A DNA stretch of 64,000 nt from Candidatus Freyarchaeum deiterrae (GTDB lineage Archaea; Asgardarchaeota; Jordiarchaeia; Jordiarchaeales; Jordiarchaeaceae): the NCBI GenBank assembly GCA_037305845.1, contig CP147778.1, forward strand, positions 3,296,001 to 3,360,000, written 5' to 3'. Below are positions 48,596 to 58,683 of the stretch, in pieces. The translations under genes and the position numbers were made by a program. The notes below the pieces were generated by a model that worked only from the letters and a program-made list of their open reading frames with translations, ran no database searches and had not been told where the DNA came from. Numbering within the stretch: the first letter of the stretch is position 1; every line of letters starts with the position of its first letter.

Positions 48596-51112
48596 TTAGA
48601 GGCTTCCGAATTCTGCACGGGCTATTATGTCGTCCTGTATGGGTTTTCCAAGGTCTGTGAAGTAGGCGCAGTAGCCGGACACTCTTACCACTAGGTCTCG
48701 GTATTTCTCGGGGTTTTTCTGGGCGTCTCTCAGGGTTTGGCTGTCCACTATGTTGAACTGGACTTGGCTTCCTCCCAGCTTGAAGTAGGCTCTGATAAGA
48801 CTGGCTAGCTTCTGTCTTCGTTCCTCGTCTCTGAGGAGTGCGGGGAGCATTTTGATGTTCAGTGAGCAGCCGTTGGCGATTTTTGTGTGGTCGATTTTTG
48901 AGCATGATTTCAGGACGGCAGTAGGTCCGTTATTCTCCATCCCGTTGCTCGGGGATAAGCTGTTTGACGTGGGTTCTCCGGCTTTTCTACCGTTGGGCGT
49001 TGCTCCCAGTAAGTTTCCGTCTAGAACGTGTAGTCCATAAGAGAAGAATGAGGCTCTGTAGGGTCCTCCTCTCCAAGCCTTTTTGCTCATGACCATGTTG
49101 CAGAAGGTTTCGGCTATTTCTCTGGCTATCAAATCGGCGTAGTCGTCGTCGTTACCATATTTTGGAGCCTTGTTTATCAGTATCTGGCGTAGTCGTTCTC
49201 CCTTCTTTCCTCTAAAATTGGTTTCGAGGGCGTCTATCACTTCGCCCATCGTTGCGGTTTTGTCTTCGAAAACCACCTTTTTTAATGCTGCCAGGGAGTC
49301 AACTGTTGTGCCTATTCCCCGTCCACTTATGGAGTTGAAATTGTACCTCGCTCCTCCACTGGTCATATCCATAGCGTTTTCCACACAGCCCTCCAGAGTA
49401 GCTGAGATGTAAGGATTTTGGAACCACTTGTCATAAACCTCGTCCTTAATTTCCACCAGCTGAGATATCACATCGACGCTCTGTTGAAGCTGTTTCTTGA
49501 AGGCATCCATCAACTGTTCAAACGTCGTGAATTTCCTCGGATCCCCGGTGTCCAGTCCGGTTCTGCGTCCGAGCATCCTGATCATTCCGTTTGTGAGCAC
49601 CATTTCCAGAATACCCACCAGCGATATGTCGTTCCCACTGGTGCACCCGAAGGTGTTTCCGGCACTCGTGGGCTCTACACACCCGATTACAGCGTAGTCT
49701 CGAGCATCTCCAAACCCTGTCCCATTATTAATCAGGGCTGGGATGGTAACATCATCATTGTATAACGCGGGTCCCGAGGTTACACTGTAAACTTCAGCAA
49801 TTTTTTGAAGCCACTCCTCGCTGGACTTACTTGAAACACGCACGGAGAAGGTGTTGGTGAGATTCTTCATGTTTTTACAGGCATCCATCCAGATATAGGA
49901 GAGTTCATTCGTGGCATCCTCTCCATCTCCACCAACTCCCCCAATGGTCAGAGCGTCCTCGTCTGCTCCGAGTTCTGAGGCGGTGTGCTTTCCGAAGCTG
50001 GGAAGCAGAAGCAGATTGTAGCTGAACTTGATTAGAAGCTCTTCCACCAGCTCCAAAGCCTGCTCACGGGTGATTTTACCCTCTTCGATATCTTTCTTAT
50101 ATTGGGGGTAAAGATATTGGTCAACCCTACCCACGGCTCCAATCAAACCTACACCATAGCTTATTGACGCCATGACCTGGGTGAACCATAAGAATTGACA
50201 GGCTTCATAAAAACTTCGAGGCGGATTCCAGGGCACCCATCTACAGCTTTCAGCCATCCGGAAAAGTTCAGCTTTCCTTGTGGAGTCATTTTCTCTTTGA
50301 GCCATTTCTTCTGCTAGTGTTGCAAAGCGTTGAGCAAACATTTTTGCGGCGTCGCAGCAGACCATAACGGCGTCTAGGAAACTCTTTTTTTCAGAGTCCC
50401 TAACGGCTTTCTTTACTTCCCGTGCCTTTTCTTTTACTCCCTTGAACCCAGTTTTGATTACAGTGTTGATACCGATGACCAAGTGACCCTGAACATCAAA
50501 AACGTTCATCACCAGGTTAGGATTGTTGAGCGATACCTCGTTTAAACTGCTTGAAATGTAGCGCAGTCTTCCCCCAGCGTATATCTTCATGATTTTCAGA
50601 ATATTTTTTAAGCCGAAGTTCCTAAGCCTCCTCCAGTTGGCTCCTGGACCGAGGCTGATTTTGAAGTGCAGTCCTCTCTCCTTCATAATTTTGGTTCGGT
50701 GGTCCCTTACGGTTTTGCCCTTCCAGTACTTGAACATCTTCCCCAGTTCTTCCTCTTCCTCTCCTGATATGTGATAGGGGTGATCCTTCCTATTTTTGAG
50801 GTTTTTCAGGTCTATTTTTAGGACGTAGTTTAATTCGCCGCGTTCAATTGGGATAATGGTCGCCACGAGTTTGCTGGAGCGGTTTCCCACTATTTGTTCT
50901 TCGGGAATTATGTAGAGCGTCATTTTTTGCAGAGTGTTTTCCAGAGCCTTCGCGGCACGGATGGCTGGGTGCATACCCTCGGTTTCCTCGTAGGATTCGG
51001 TGTAGTACCGGGCACGCTCGATGCATATTTCGTAGGGTGCTTCCAGAATCTTTCTTCTATAGATTTGCGTTCTGGAAGGACTTGATGTTTGGGCTTCCGT
51101 AATTTGAACCAT
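48596..51112 (-). CDS. Glycyl radical enzyme (PFL2/eliminase-like, substrate unknown)
   Basis: ICIERA, GRVDQYL.P.Y, Cys loop IGCVEP, KYGNDD, GATPNGR, Gly loop LVVRVSGY. Confidence 0.93.
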   Translation of the reverse strand: MVQITEAQTSSPSRTQIYRRKILEAPYEICIERARYYTESYEETEGMHPAIRAAKALENTLQKMTLYIIPEEQIVGNRSSKLVATIIPIERGELNYVLKIDLKNLKNRKDHPYHISGEEEEELGKMFKYWKGKTVRDHRTKIMKERGLHFKISLGPGANWRRLRNFGLKNILKIMKIYAGGRLRYISSSLNEVSLNNPNLVMNVFDVQGHLVIGINTVIKTGFKGVKEKAREVKKAVRDSEKKSFLDAVMVCCDAAKMFAQRFATLAEEMAQRENDSTRKAELFRMAESCRWVPWNPPRSFYEACQFLWFTQVMASISYGVGLIGAVGRVDQYLYPQYKKDIEEGKITREQALELVEELLIKFSYNLLLLPSFGKHTASELGADEDALTIGGVGGDGEDATNELSYIWMDACKNMKNLTNTFSVRVSSKSSEEWLQKIAEVYSVTSGPALYNDDVTIPALINNGTGFGDARDYAVIGCVEPTSAGNTFGCTSGNDISLVGILEMVLTNGMIRMLGRRTGLDTGDPRKFTTFEQLMDAFKKQLQQSVDVISQLVEIKDEVYDKWFQNPYISATLEGCVENAMDMTSGGARYNFNSISGRGIGTTVDSLAALKKVVFEDKTATMGEVIDALETNFRGKKGERLRQILINKAPKYGNDDDYADLIAREIAETFCNMVMSKKAWRGGPYRASFFSYGLHVLDGNLLGATPNGRKAGEPTSNSLSPSNGMENNGPTAVLKSCSKIDHTKIANGCSLNIKMLPALLRDEERRQKLASLIRAYFKLGGSQVQFNIVDSQTLRDAQKNPEKYRDLVVRVSGYCAYFTDLGKPIQDDIIARAEFGSL

Positions 51113-51170
51113 GTTTAATCTCCCCTTGAACCTTTATTAAGTTACTAACCTTTTTTTAAGAATATGAGCT

Positions 51171-51186
51171 TTTTGCATATGCAAAA
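51171..51186. promoter_or_regulatory. Perfect 16-bp palindrome TTTTGCATATGCAAAA upstream of the glycyl radical enzyme gene
   Basis: Self-complementary; ~60 bp upstream of the GRE start. Confidence 0.45.
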
Positions 51187-51425
51187 GTACTGTAAACTGT
51201 CACTATCTCAGGAAGTGTTAAACTATGCCTTCAGTTGGAGAGAATCTTCCAAACTGAAGATAGAACTAAAGCAAATTTAGAGAATATTTATAATTTTCAC
51301 TCCGAATGAATAAAAAACAAACCAGACGGAAGCCAACTACCCAAAAAAACTTTCAGAAAAAATTTCGAAGACTTTATTAACTTTCAGGATAAGATTTAAA
51401 TACAATAACAAGATTATAATCTAAA

Positions 51426-51534
51426 GATTTCCCAGCCGTTTTCCATAGTCCAAAGTTTTGGACCGCAGTCATTAAACGGTTGGTGTAAGCGTAAAGCGAG
51501 TGGAGTAACCTCATTAGAAATTGGGTGGGAAGTC
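51426..51534 (+). other. Candidate structured RNA / 5' leader upstream of the receiver gene
   Basis: Nested complementary segments GATTTCCCA/TGGGAAGTC, GCCGTTT/AAACGGT and GTCCAA/TTGGAC, starting ~25 nt after TATA-like tttaaata (~51394). Confidence 0.35.
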
Positions 51535-51579
51535 CTCTAAACTCAGGCAAAACAAATTCATAGAGGAAGCCGATTAGAT

Positions 51580-51960
51580 TTGGAAAGAGGAAAGAAGAAA
51601 ATCCTAGTAATAGACGACGACAAATCCATACTCGAAATCTTCAAACTCATCCTACAGAAAGAAGGATACAACACCGACACGGCAGAAACAGGAAAAGAAG
51701 CTTTAAACAAAATAGCTAAGGAACCATACGCCTTGGCATTAATAGATGTAAAGCTCCCAGATATGGACGGTACAGATTTATTACATACGATGAATGAAAC
51801 CAGGCCCAAAATGATAAAGATCATGGTAACAGGTTTTCCATCAGAAGAGAGCCAAATCAAAGCCTTAAACGGGGGAGCAGACGCCTACCTAGTGAAACCT
51901 GTAAACCCAAGGGATTTAATCAAAACCGTGAAAGAGAAACTGAAGGAACAGAAAGCTTAA
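51580..51960 (+). CDS. Stand-alone response regulator receiver (CheY-like)
   Basis: ILVIDDD, phosphoacceptor LIDVKLPDMDG, MVTG and YLVKP motifs. Confidence 0.93.
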   Translation: MERGKKKILVIDDDKSILEIFKLILQKEGYNTDTAETGKEALNKIAKEPYALALIDVKLPDMDGTDLLHTMNETRPKMIKIMVTGFPSEESQIKALNGGADAYLVKPVNPRDLIKTVKEKLKEQKA

Positions 51961-52066
51961 TCATCTCCAACAGATTTTAGCTTAGTTTCAACAATCGAAC
52001 TAGATGAAAACCTCAAACAATATCCGTTTTTTGAGTCTTAATCAGTGGTTAAGACGACCATAAGAG

Positions 52067-53059
52067 TTACGTAGTCAATCTGAATTGGAGAACAATATGG
52101 CCCCCATTTCTTTTGTGTTTGATTATGAATGTATTTAGTTCCGGAAGTTCGTTTAGCAGCATATCTTTAATTTTTTCTGTTTGCGGATTCGATTTTAGAA
52201 TAAGATTGAAGCTTTTCTCCGATATTTGAGGGTAATTGGAACTATGGGGATTTCCTTCGCTATGGACTTCAGCCATTATCCTTAATCTTGGTCTTATTGA
52301 TGCCCCTTCTACATCTCTTGAAGATGCTATTATTGTTTGGTCTGTGATTTCAGATAAGACTTTTTCAATCTGTTCTAAGGTTTTGCTGTCTATTTTCAAT
52401 TTTTTCTTTTTTATGTGGTTGTGGAAAATCTGATGAAATACTTGGTAAAGCAGATGATCTTTGGGGATAGTTTCAAAAAAGGAGCCATCAATAATTGAGA
52501 TCTTTGTTTTATTCTGGTTTTCGTTGTGGGTTCTTACCAAGTAGAAGCATCGCCTTTCGAACCTGTAGTATTTCCCTTCGGGGGATTTTCGATCTATGAT
52601 GCTGCTGATTCTTGAGACAAGGTTGCGTCCGTTAATTACATCTATCTCTTCAAGAGTCTTTGATTGAGTTGGTATGGTTGAATTGAATGACGCGATGCTT
52701 CCCCCTTTGGAATCCTTTAACTCGAGAATACAACCGCAAGTGAACTCGCTACCTGCCTCTTTGACTTTAAATATAAAATCTGGGAATTGCTGAGATTCTG
52801 AATATTTAAGATTCAAATCTACTTTTCTTTTTTTAAGAAGTTGATCGAGTTCCTCTTCCCCCAGTTCATCTCTTAATTCTTTCCAGAGATCAAAGCCATA
52901 CTTATTCAGGGCGTCCTTTCGATTATCAACATAAGCTAGGTTGCTTCCCTCAGACTTTAGAACTATTTCTTCAAGAGGGGAGCTGAGGTTAAATTCACCA
53001 TTTTTGAGGTTGCTTACTACCTGCATAAAGAAATCGGTTACGTCAGTAAATTCAATCAT
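52067..53059 (-). CDS. Putative type II restriction endonuclease (PD-(D/E)xK)
   Basis: FPDFIFK...LELKDSK motif. ATG 53059 overlaps the stop of the upstream DNA methyltransferase (the ORF track starts it at 53098). Confidence 0.7.
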   Translation of the reverse strand: MIEFTDVTDFFMQVVSNLKNGEFNLSSPLEEIVLKSEGSNLAYVDNRKDALNKYGFDLWKELRDELGEEELDQLLKKRKVDLNLKYSESQQFPDFIFKVKEAGSEFTCGCILELKDSKGGSIASFNSTIPTQSKTLEEIDVINGRNLVSRISSIIDRKSPEGKYYRFERRCFYLVRTHNENQNKTKISIIDGSFFETIPKDHLLYQVFHQIFHNHIKKKKLKIDSKTLEQIEKVLSEITDQTIIASSRDVEGASIRPRLRIMAEVHSEGNPHSSNYPQISEKSFNLILKSNPQTEKIKDMLLNELPELNTFIIKHKRNGGHIVLQFRLTT

Positions 53060-53909
53060 CGATGTATCTCTCCAAACCCTCAGTAAGCCATACTTCATCT
53101 AGGTTTGGTGTAAACCTATAATAGTTTCTATATTTCAGAATGTCGTCAGCGGAACTTTTTGTTTTTAACCTTTTCTTTACGACTTCAACATAGCTCGGGT
53201 CTATTTCAATACCTATTGACTTTCTCTTCAACTGGTGAGCAACAACTAGGGTAGTTCCACTTCCGGCAAACGGGTCAAAAACGGTGTCTCCTACACTTGT
53301 AGATGACAGGGTTATCCTTAACAACAACTCTATAGGGGACTGTTGTTCATGTACGCGTTTACCCTCTTCATCTCTTAAGGCTTCGTCCCCTGCAAAATAT
53401 CCTGACGTGAGCTCTCTAACATCATCCCAAACGTCAGTAAGGTAGATTCCATTAGGTCTCTTATGTTTGTGGTTTGGGCGGAGCGGGTAATCTATACGTA
53501 ACCTATTGAAAACTCTGGGTCTTTCTCCCTTAGTAGCAAAAATTATCACCTGGTAATGTTTTCCAAACCTGAAATTACCAGGTATAGCTGAGGTGAACTT
53601 CTTCCATATGATTAGGTTTTGATAATTCCATCCCGTTTCTTTTAAAACCTTCATCATCCAATCTACGTTCTTCTCCCTCTGCATAAAATAAATGGCTCCC
53701 CCATCCACTGTCGTTTCGTATATATGCTGTATAATCTCCTTCAACCAGCCCCAATAAACTTCTGGGTTTTGTTCATCATCAAAATACTTGTACTCTTTGC
53801 CTTGATTGAAGGGGGGGTCTAAGAATGTTAGACTAACATTTGGCACATTTCCCTGTTTAAGGTATGAAAGACAGTCTCCACAAATCACATCGTAATCTAG
53901 TGAATTCAT
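53052..53909 (-). CDS. Site-specific DNA amino-methyltransferase (beta class, N4C/N6A)
   Basis: GDC, DPPF motif IV near the N-terminus, DPFAGSGTT motif I and GIEID near the C-terminus. Confidence 0.93.
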   Translation of the reverse strand: MNSLDYDVICGDCLSYLKQGNVPNVSLTFLDPPFNQGKEYKYFDDEQNPEVYWGWLKEIIQHIYETTVDGGAIYFMQREKNVDWMMKVLKETGWNYQNLIIWKKFTSAIPGNFRFGKHYQVIIFATKGERPRVFNRLRIDYPLRPNHKHKRPNGIYLTDVWDDVRELTSGYFAGDEALRDEEGKRVHEQQSPIELLLRITLSSTSVGDTVFDPFAGSGTTLVVAHQLKRKSIGIEIDPSYVEVVKKRLKTKSSADDILKYRNYYRFTPNLDEVWLTEGLERYIDD

Positions 53910-54295
53910 TTTAAACCCCTTAAACCTTTAATGCGTCCCAACTTTTCATATGTTTATACTTCTTGAATATCTTTTAAATCATCCCTTATTTATTTTGCTT
54001 CCTTAAGCACGCACTCAGGTATCTCACGTAAGGAAGTTGTGGATTTCATCCTCTTTGATTCTTAAGATTCGATTCCAAGAACTTGTTTCACCACCATTCT
54101 TTCAAAAAAGTATTAAAACCCTATTTTTTCAACCTTTTTGCTTCAATATGCAGAGTTGAATTAGTAAGAAGCCGGTAAATAATAAGAGAACTGTTAATAT
54201 TCGAGTAAAATAGTGGGCTCATTTAGTATATGTTTAAATTCATTGGTAGGAAAGTTTAGGTTTGATGAGAAACTTTTGATAGAGAGAGGAGATTA

Positions 54296-55179
54296 ATGGG
54301 TAAAAAATTTCTTGGAAGAATAAACTTGTTTTCGGTGATTGTCAAAACATGAAGGAATTAGAGGCGAATAGTATTCATTTGGTGGTAACTTCTCCTCCCT
54401 ATTTTAATGCTCCTTTCGATTATCCGGGTCTTTTTGAAAGTTATCAGAAATTTTTAGAATTGATTCGTAATTTGGCAAAGGAATTGAAACGGGTTCTTGA
54501 CGATGCGCGTGTAGCTGCTTTTGTAGTTGATGACACACTGATAGATAGAGTAAAATATCCTGTTGTTGCGGACATCACAAAAATACTCGCAGGAGAAGGA
54601 TTCAAGTACCTGTATCAAATTATCTGGGTTAAGCCGGAAGGATACATTCGCATAAGCAAGAGGAGCGGCGTTTTGCTACAACATCCTTATCCGATGTACT
54701 ACTACCCGGACAACCTTCAAGAGTCCATCCTCATTTTTCAGAACGGCGAATTCGACTACAAATCCATTCCAAGAGGCGTGAAAACAAAATCCAGAATAGA
54801 TACAGAAGAATTTAAAAAAAATAAATGGTATTTGAGCGTGTGGAAAATAACGAATGTCCTACCGATAAGGAACAGATTGGAGAAGGGTATAGCAGCTTTT
54901 CCCCAAGAAATCCCGTATCGCTTAATAAAACTATTCTCCTATAGAGATGAAGTTGTTTTGGATTCGTTTATAGGTTCGGGAACAACATTAAAAGTTGCCT
55001 ATGAACTTGGAAGAAGATGCATGTGCTACGAGATTGATTTAGAACTATCAGAGGTAATTAAGGAAAAGTTGGGTTTTAATCAGCCCAATCTTTTCGGTCA
55101 AAAGCTCTCCGATTTTTTCGAGATAATAGTAAGAGAAGACACCAAACATTTAAGAACTAAGCCTTCAGGCCTCAGTTAA
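54296..55179 (+). pseudogene. DNA amino-methyltransferase (beta class, SPPY) with a frameshift in an A-tract just after the start codon
   Basis: VVTSPPY and LDSFIGSGTT motifs. The conserved-looking KNKLVFGDC lies upstream of ATG 54349 in frame, but the RBS-linked ATG 54296 is out of frame across A6 at 54302-54307. Confidence 0.7.
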
Positions 55180-55204
55180 AAAAAGCCTACGAGATGAATG
55201 AAAG

Positions 55205-56272
55205 TTGCTGGACATTTATGCTAACACTACAGGGTTATCATATACGCCATTTCTTTGCAGAGAATTAGATTCCTTCAATTTTGATCAGTTAGGTATAGCA
55301 TTATCGGGAACCGCAACATTTAAACTTTTAAAAGAATGCCACAAAATCGTGGTTAGCTGGTGGGATTCTACAAAAAGAACTGGTTCCTATCCTTACGCAA
55401 GAGTTTACGATTCGCTAAATTTTGCGGGGAAACGAGTAACAATTATACCCATACTTAAGGATGAGGGCAAAAATGGGAATAGGTACCATCTGAAATGGGA
55501 CACGATTTCCTTGATGGGTTTACTGGGAGTTTATGTAATTATATCCTACTACAAAAGTGCCTCTAAAAATCCAAGGTTTAGAGATAAAATAATTAGACAA
55601 AGTTTTGATATTGAGCACATTAAATCAGAAATAGGTAAACTTCTTTTCTATCAATCTGATGCACTGCGTTGGAATCTATCACAAGTAGATAAGGTTGGAG
55701 AGCTTAGTAAAAGAGCTTTAAACTCTTATAATGAGATTTCGAGAAAGCTCGGTGTTGAAATACACTCATCTGCTTCTGCTTTAAAGAGGATCGAATTGCT
55801 CAGTGAAGGCAAAGAAGCTTTCATGAACCTTTCAAGGAATCTAGCCAAGGAAGCCCAGATGAGTGAAAGTTCCACCATTCAACCCAAAGAAAAATTGGAG
55901 GAAGCCAAAGCTAAACTCACAATCAAAAATTACATCGGAGGCTACTACTATCTCACCTGTGATGAAGTTGAAATACACGGAAAAACAGTCTATCTTATAG
56001 AGGGAAAACATACTAGAGTTGCTAGACTTCCCTCTCTCGGTGCCATAAAGGATGGGCTTTTGAGAATGATGCTTTACACAAATTTAAAGAACGTAACAAT
56101 TAACGAAAAAAAGTACAACCATATACCAATTTTAAAACTCACGACGGAAGAGGGCTTCAATATCGAGTCGCTAAGCGAGAGGCAAAGAGAAACATTAGAA
56201 ATACTAGTGAAAGAGGCAAATGCTAACGGATTTCGCGTTTTAATAAATAATCACGATTTTGTTACATTTTGA
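55205..56272 (+). CDS. Putative type II restriction endonuclease
   Basis: Immediately downstream of a methyltransferase; late TCDEV......YLIEGKH resembles a (P)D...ExK site. Confidence 0.6.
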   Translation: MLDIYANTTGLSYTPFLCRELDSFNFDQLGIALSGTATFKLLKECHKIVVSWWDSTKRTGSYPYARVYDSLNFAGKRVTIIPILKDEGKNGNRYHLKWDTISLMGLLGVYVIISYYKSASKNPRFRDKIIRQSFDIEHIKSEIGKLLFYQSDALRWNLSQVDKVGELSKRALNSYNEISRKLGVEIHSSASALKRIELLSEGKEAFMNLSRNLAKEAQMSESSTIQPKEKLEEAKAKLTIKNYIGGYYYLTCDEVEIHGKTVYLIEGKHTRVARLPSLGAIKDGLLRMMLYTNLKNVTINEKKYNHIPILKLTTEEGFNIESLSERQRETLEILVKEANANGFRVLINNHDFVTF

Positions 56273-56385
56273 TATATATCATAATATCACAATTTCTCTA
56301 ATTAGGAACATATTCCCTTTATAACGGAGAAAGTATACCATCACATAACTCGGGTTTAAAGAAATCAATTAATGAAGAGGGTTTT

Positions 56386-56568
56386 TTAGCTTCTTACCAT
56401 CTTAGCTTCGCACTTGGGGCATTTAACCTCGCCGGGTGACTCACCCTCTTCGAGTGGCACCGTTTCCCCACAGCACATACACACAGCTAACCCTCCCGGA
56501 CCTACAACGCGGGTGGGTCCCCTAGGGCAACTTACTTTGGTTTCCTTACTCTTTCCTTTTCGGCTCAT
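56386..56568 (-). CDS. Small Cys-rich Zn-ribbon protein
   Basis: GPGG..VC.CCGETVP...G.....KCPKC..KM.R pattern; GAGGAG RBS. Confidence 0.7.
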   Translation of the reverse strand: MSRKGKSKETKVSCPRGPTRVVGPGGLAVCMCCGETVPLEEGESPGEVKCPKCEAKMVRS

Positions 56569-56827
56569 GAACTTTATCTCCTCAAGATTCTTTATCTTCC
56601 CTTTACCTCTTTATTCATTATTCATATTATTGGTTTGAACTTAAACCGAACTCAACATGTTTAATAACATTGCTGTTAATATCAGAGATTGGTATAAAAT
56701 AAATATTCCCCTTATATCTCTTTGATGGAATTGGTGGTCTATTGACGCTTTTAGTGCTTGGAGATGGGTGATGGATAGGGCGTGTTCTTTTAAAAGAATT
56801 CAAAAAAATTTGTGGGAGAGAGTATAG

Positions 56828-57409
56828 ATGGCTGTTTTTGAAGTAGTGATCAGGGACTTCGCTGATAGGATTAAACTTTTTTTAAAGTATTTCGACTACA
56901 TAATAAACCATTCAGATCTAGAAGTTATTAAGATAGGGATGTCAGAATGGGTTCTGAATGGAGACGTGGGCTATTCGAGAGGTAGAGTATCTGTTACTCC
57001 AATGGGGAATAACGTTGTTTGTAGGGTGACAACATGGGAAAATTACGCTTTTCCGACTGTAGAAAAGGCTGTAAGAAATGCTATAGATAATGCGAAAAGA
57101 GTAATCATAGCCGAAACTCCCGAACCCATTACGCCGAGCACAAGTATGACGAAACTCATGGACTGCCCGGCATGCGGCAGAGCCTTATACCGGGAGGTGA
57201 CTTTCTGTCCTTTCTGCGGTTCAAAAATGGAGAAGTGTACAGTCTGCAAACTTATCATCGAAAAAGACCAGGAAATCGTCAGATGTCCTTATTGCAACGG
57301 ATTAGCGCACAAAGACCACATTCTAGAATATGTTAAAGTAAAGGGACGATGTCCCAGCTGTAGAAACGCTTTAAGAAAAGAAATATTGCTATTCGCTAAG
57401 AGAACCTGA
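56828..57409 (+). CDS. Zinc-ribbon plus RING-like finger protein
   Basis: CPAC..CPFC ribbon, then C-x2-C-x12-C-x2-C-x4-H-x2-H-x10-C-x2-C. Confidence 0.8.
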   Translation: MAVFEVVIRDFADRIKLFLKYFDYIINHSDLEVIKIGMSEWVLNGDVGYSRGRVSVTPMGNNVVCRVTTWENYAFPTVEKAVRNAIDNAKRVIIAETPEPITPSTSMTKLMDCPACGRALYREVTFCPFCGSKMEKCTVCKLIIEKDQEIVRCPYCNGLAHKDHILEYVKVKGRCPSCRNALRKEILLFAKRT

Positions 57410-57623
57410 GATTCATCCTTTTTATTAGTTCTACGCATTTTATATCCGACGAAGACTTTATACTTTTTATAATTGAATAATGATAAGTCGAATCTCGATC
57501 TCTTATGGAACAAGGAGTAAGAATGTCTAAGCTGGGAAAAACAGTTAAAACCTTTAAAGCAGTACTATTTCAAAGAAACCTTTATGAGGAAAAAGAACTC
57601 TGTATGGCGGAAGGGGATCTTAA

Positions 57624-58046
57624 GTGCTTTCCGAATCGGAAACGTTTAGTATTGTAAAAGCTTTCAGAGAAGAGTTTAAGGACAGTTTGATTTCTCTTGT
57701 GCTCTTCGGCTCTTTTGCACAGGGTAGAGCAAGACCCACGAGTGACGTAGACGTCCTAGCAGTTATCCAAGAGGACTATTCCTATATGGAGAAGAGAGTT
57801 ATTGAGGTTGATACCGATTTAACGTGGCTTCTAAAGCGTTCGGTTCGTTGCTTGCCCTTCACACCCGACGACTTCACATTCATGATTGAGGAGAGATTCC
57901 CGCTGATTCTTGGAGTAGCCTCAGGCTACAAGGTTCTCTTTGATACTTCAGAATTTTTTGAGAAGCAAATTCAAGAAATATTTAAAGATGTAGAAACGGG
58001 GAAAATTAAGTACTATCAGAGAAGCGGCATATGGGTGGTGAAATGA
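57624..58046 (+). CDS. Minimal nucleotidyltransferase (MNT) antitoxin
   Basis: LFGSFAQG.A...SDVDVL motif; stop overlaps the HEPN start. Confidence 0.9.
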   Translation: MLSESETFSIVKAFREEFKDSLISLVLFGSFAQGRARPTSDVDVLAVIQEDYSYMEKRVIEVDTDLTWLLKRSVRCLPFTPDDFTFMIEERFPLILGVASGYKVLFDTSEFFEKQIQEIFKDVETGKIKYYQRSGIWVVK

Positions 58047-58498
58047 CTTCTGACTTAACAATCAAATTAGCGAATGAGCTAATCGAAGAAGCTAAAATTG
58101 ACTTGCTAGCAGCTAGGGAACTACTTAAACAAGAGTTCTTCCACAAGGTGGTTTTCGAAGCACAACAGTGCGTTGAGAAGGCTATGAAGGCGGCACTCGC
58201 CTACGAGGGCCTAACTCAGGTATTTGAACATGATGTAGCAGCCCTTTTTGCCGCTGAAGTAATAACCCACGCTCCTCAAAGTTGGATGGAAGAACTCAGA
58301 AACGTTTTCCGTGAAACGTCTTGGCTTATGGAGCAGTACACAGCAACCCGATACCCCGCAATCAGGGCTAGAACAGTAGTTTCTCCCCGAAAATCGTACA
58401 AAGAGGACGAGGCGAAAGACGCTATTAAATACGCCGAGTCGACTCTAAACAGAATAGAAAACTACATACAACAAGTGACTAGCAAAAGAAACCAATGA
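58043..58498 (+). CDS. HEPN domain protein
   Basis: A..DL..A, F.AQQ.VEKAMKA, HD, Y...RYP motifs; ATGA overlap at 58043-58046 (the track starts it at 58031). Confidence 0.9.
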   Translation: MTSDLTIKLANELIEEAKIDLLAARELLKQEFFHKVVFEAQQCVEKAMKAALAYEGLTQVFEHDVAALFAAEVITHAPQSWMEELRNVFRETSWLMEQYTATRYPAIRARTVVSPRKSYKEDEAKDAIKYAESTLNRIENYIQQVTSKRNQ

Positions 58499-58683
58499 CT
58501 ACCTCCAACAACTTTAACCGAAGTAAACTCATCCTACCATTAATCCTTTCTCTTGGCAGTTATTGAGACTTGCGAAATTCCTTACTAACCTTTAAGAAAC
58601 AATTATTGTTAGTTGAAAAGGTTTAATGAGTAATCTATACTCTATTAGTTTGGTATTGATTGTTTTTATGGCGGGGTTAGTTA

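Noticed and set aside
48596-51112. Pyruvate formate-lyase (pflB)
   Set aside because: It has a single-Cys GCVEP loop rather than the CC pair of PFL.
53930-54110. Possible gene remnant between the two methyltransferases
   Set aside because: Only short stop-interrupted frames with no recognisable family.
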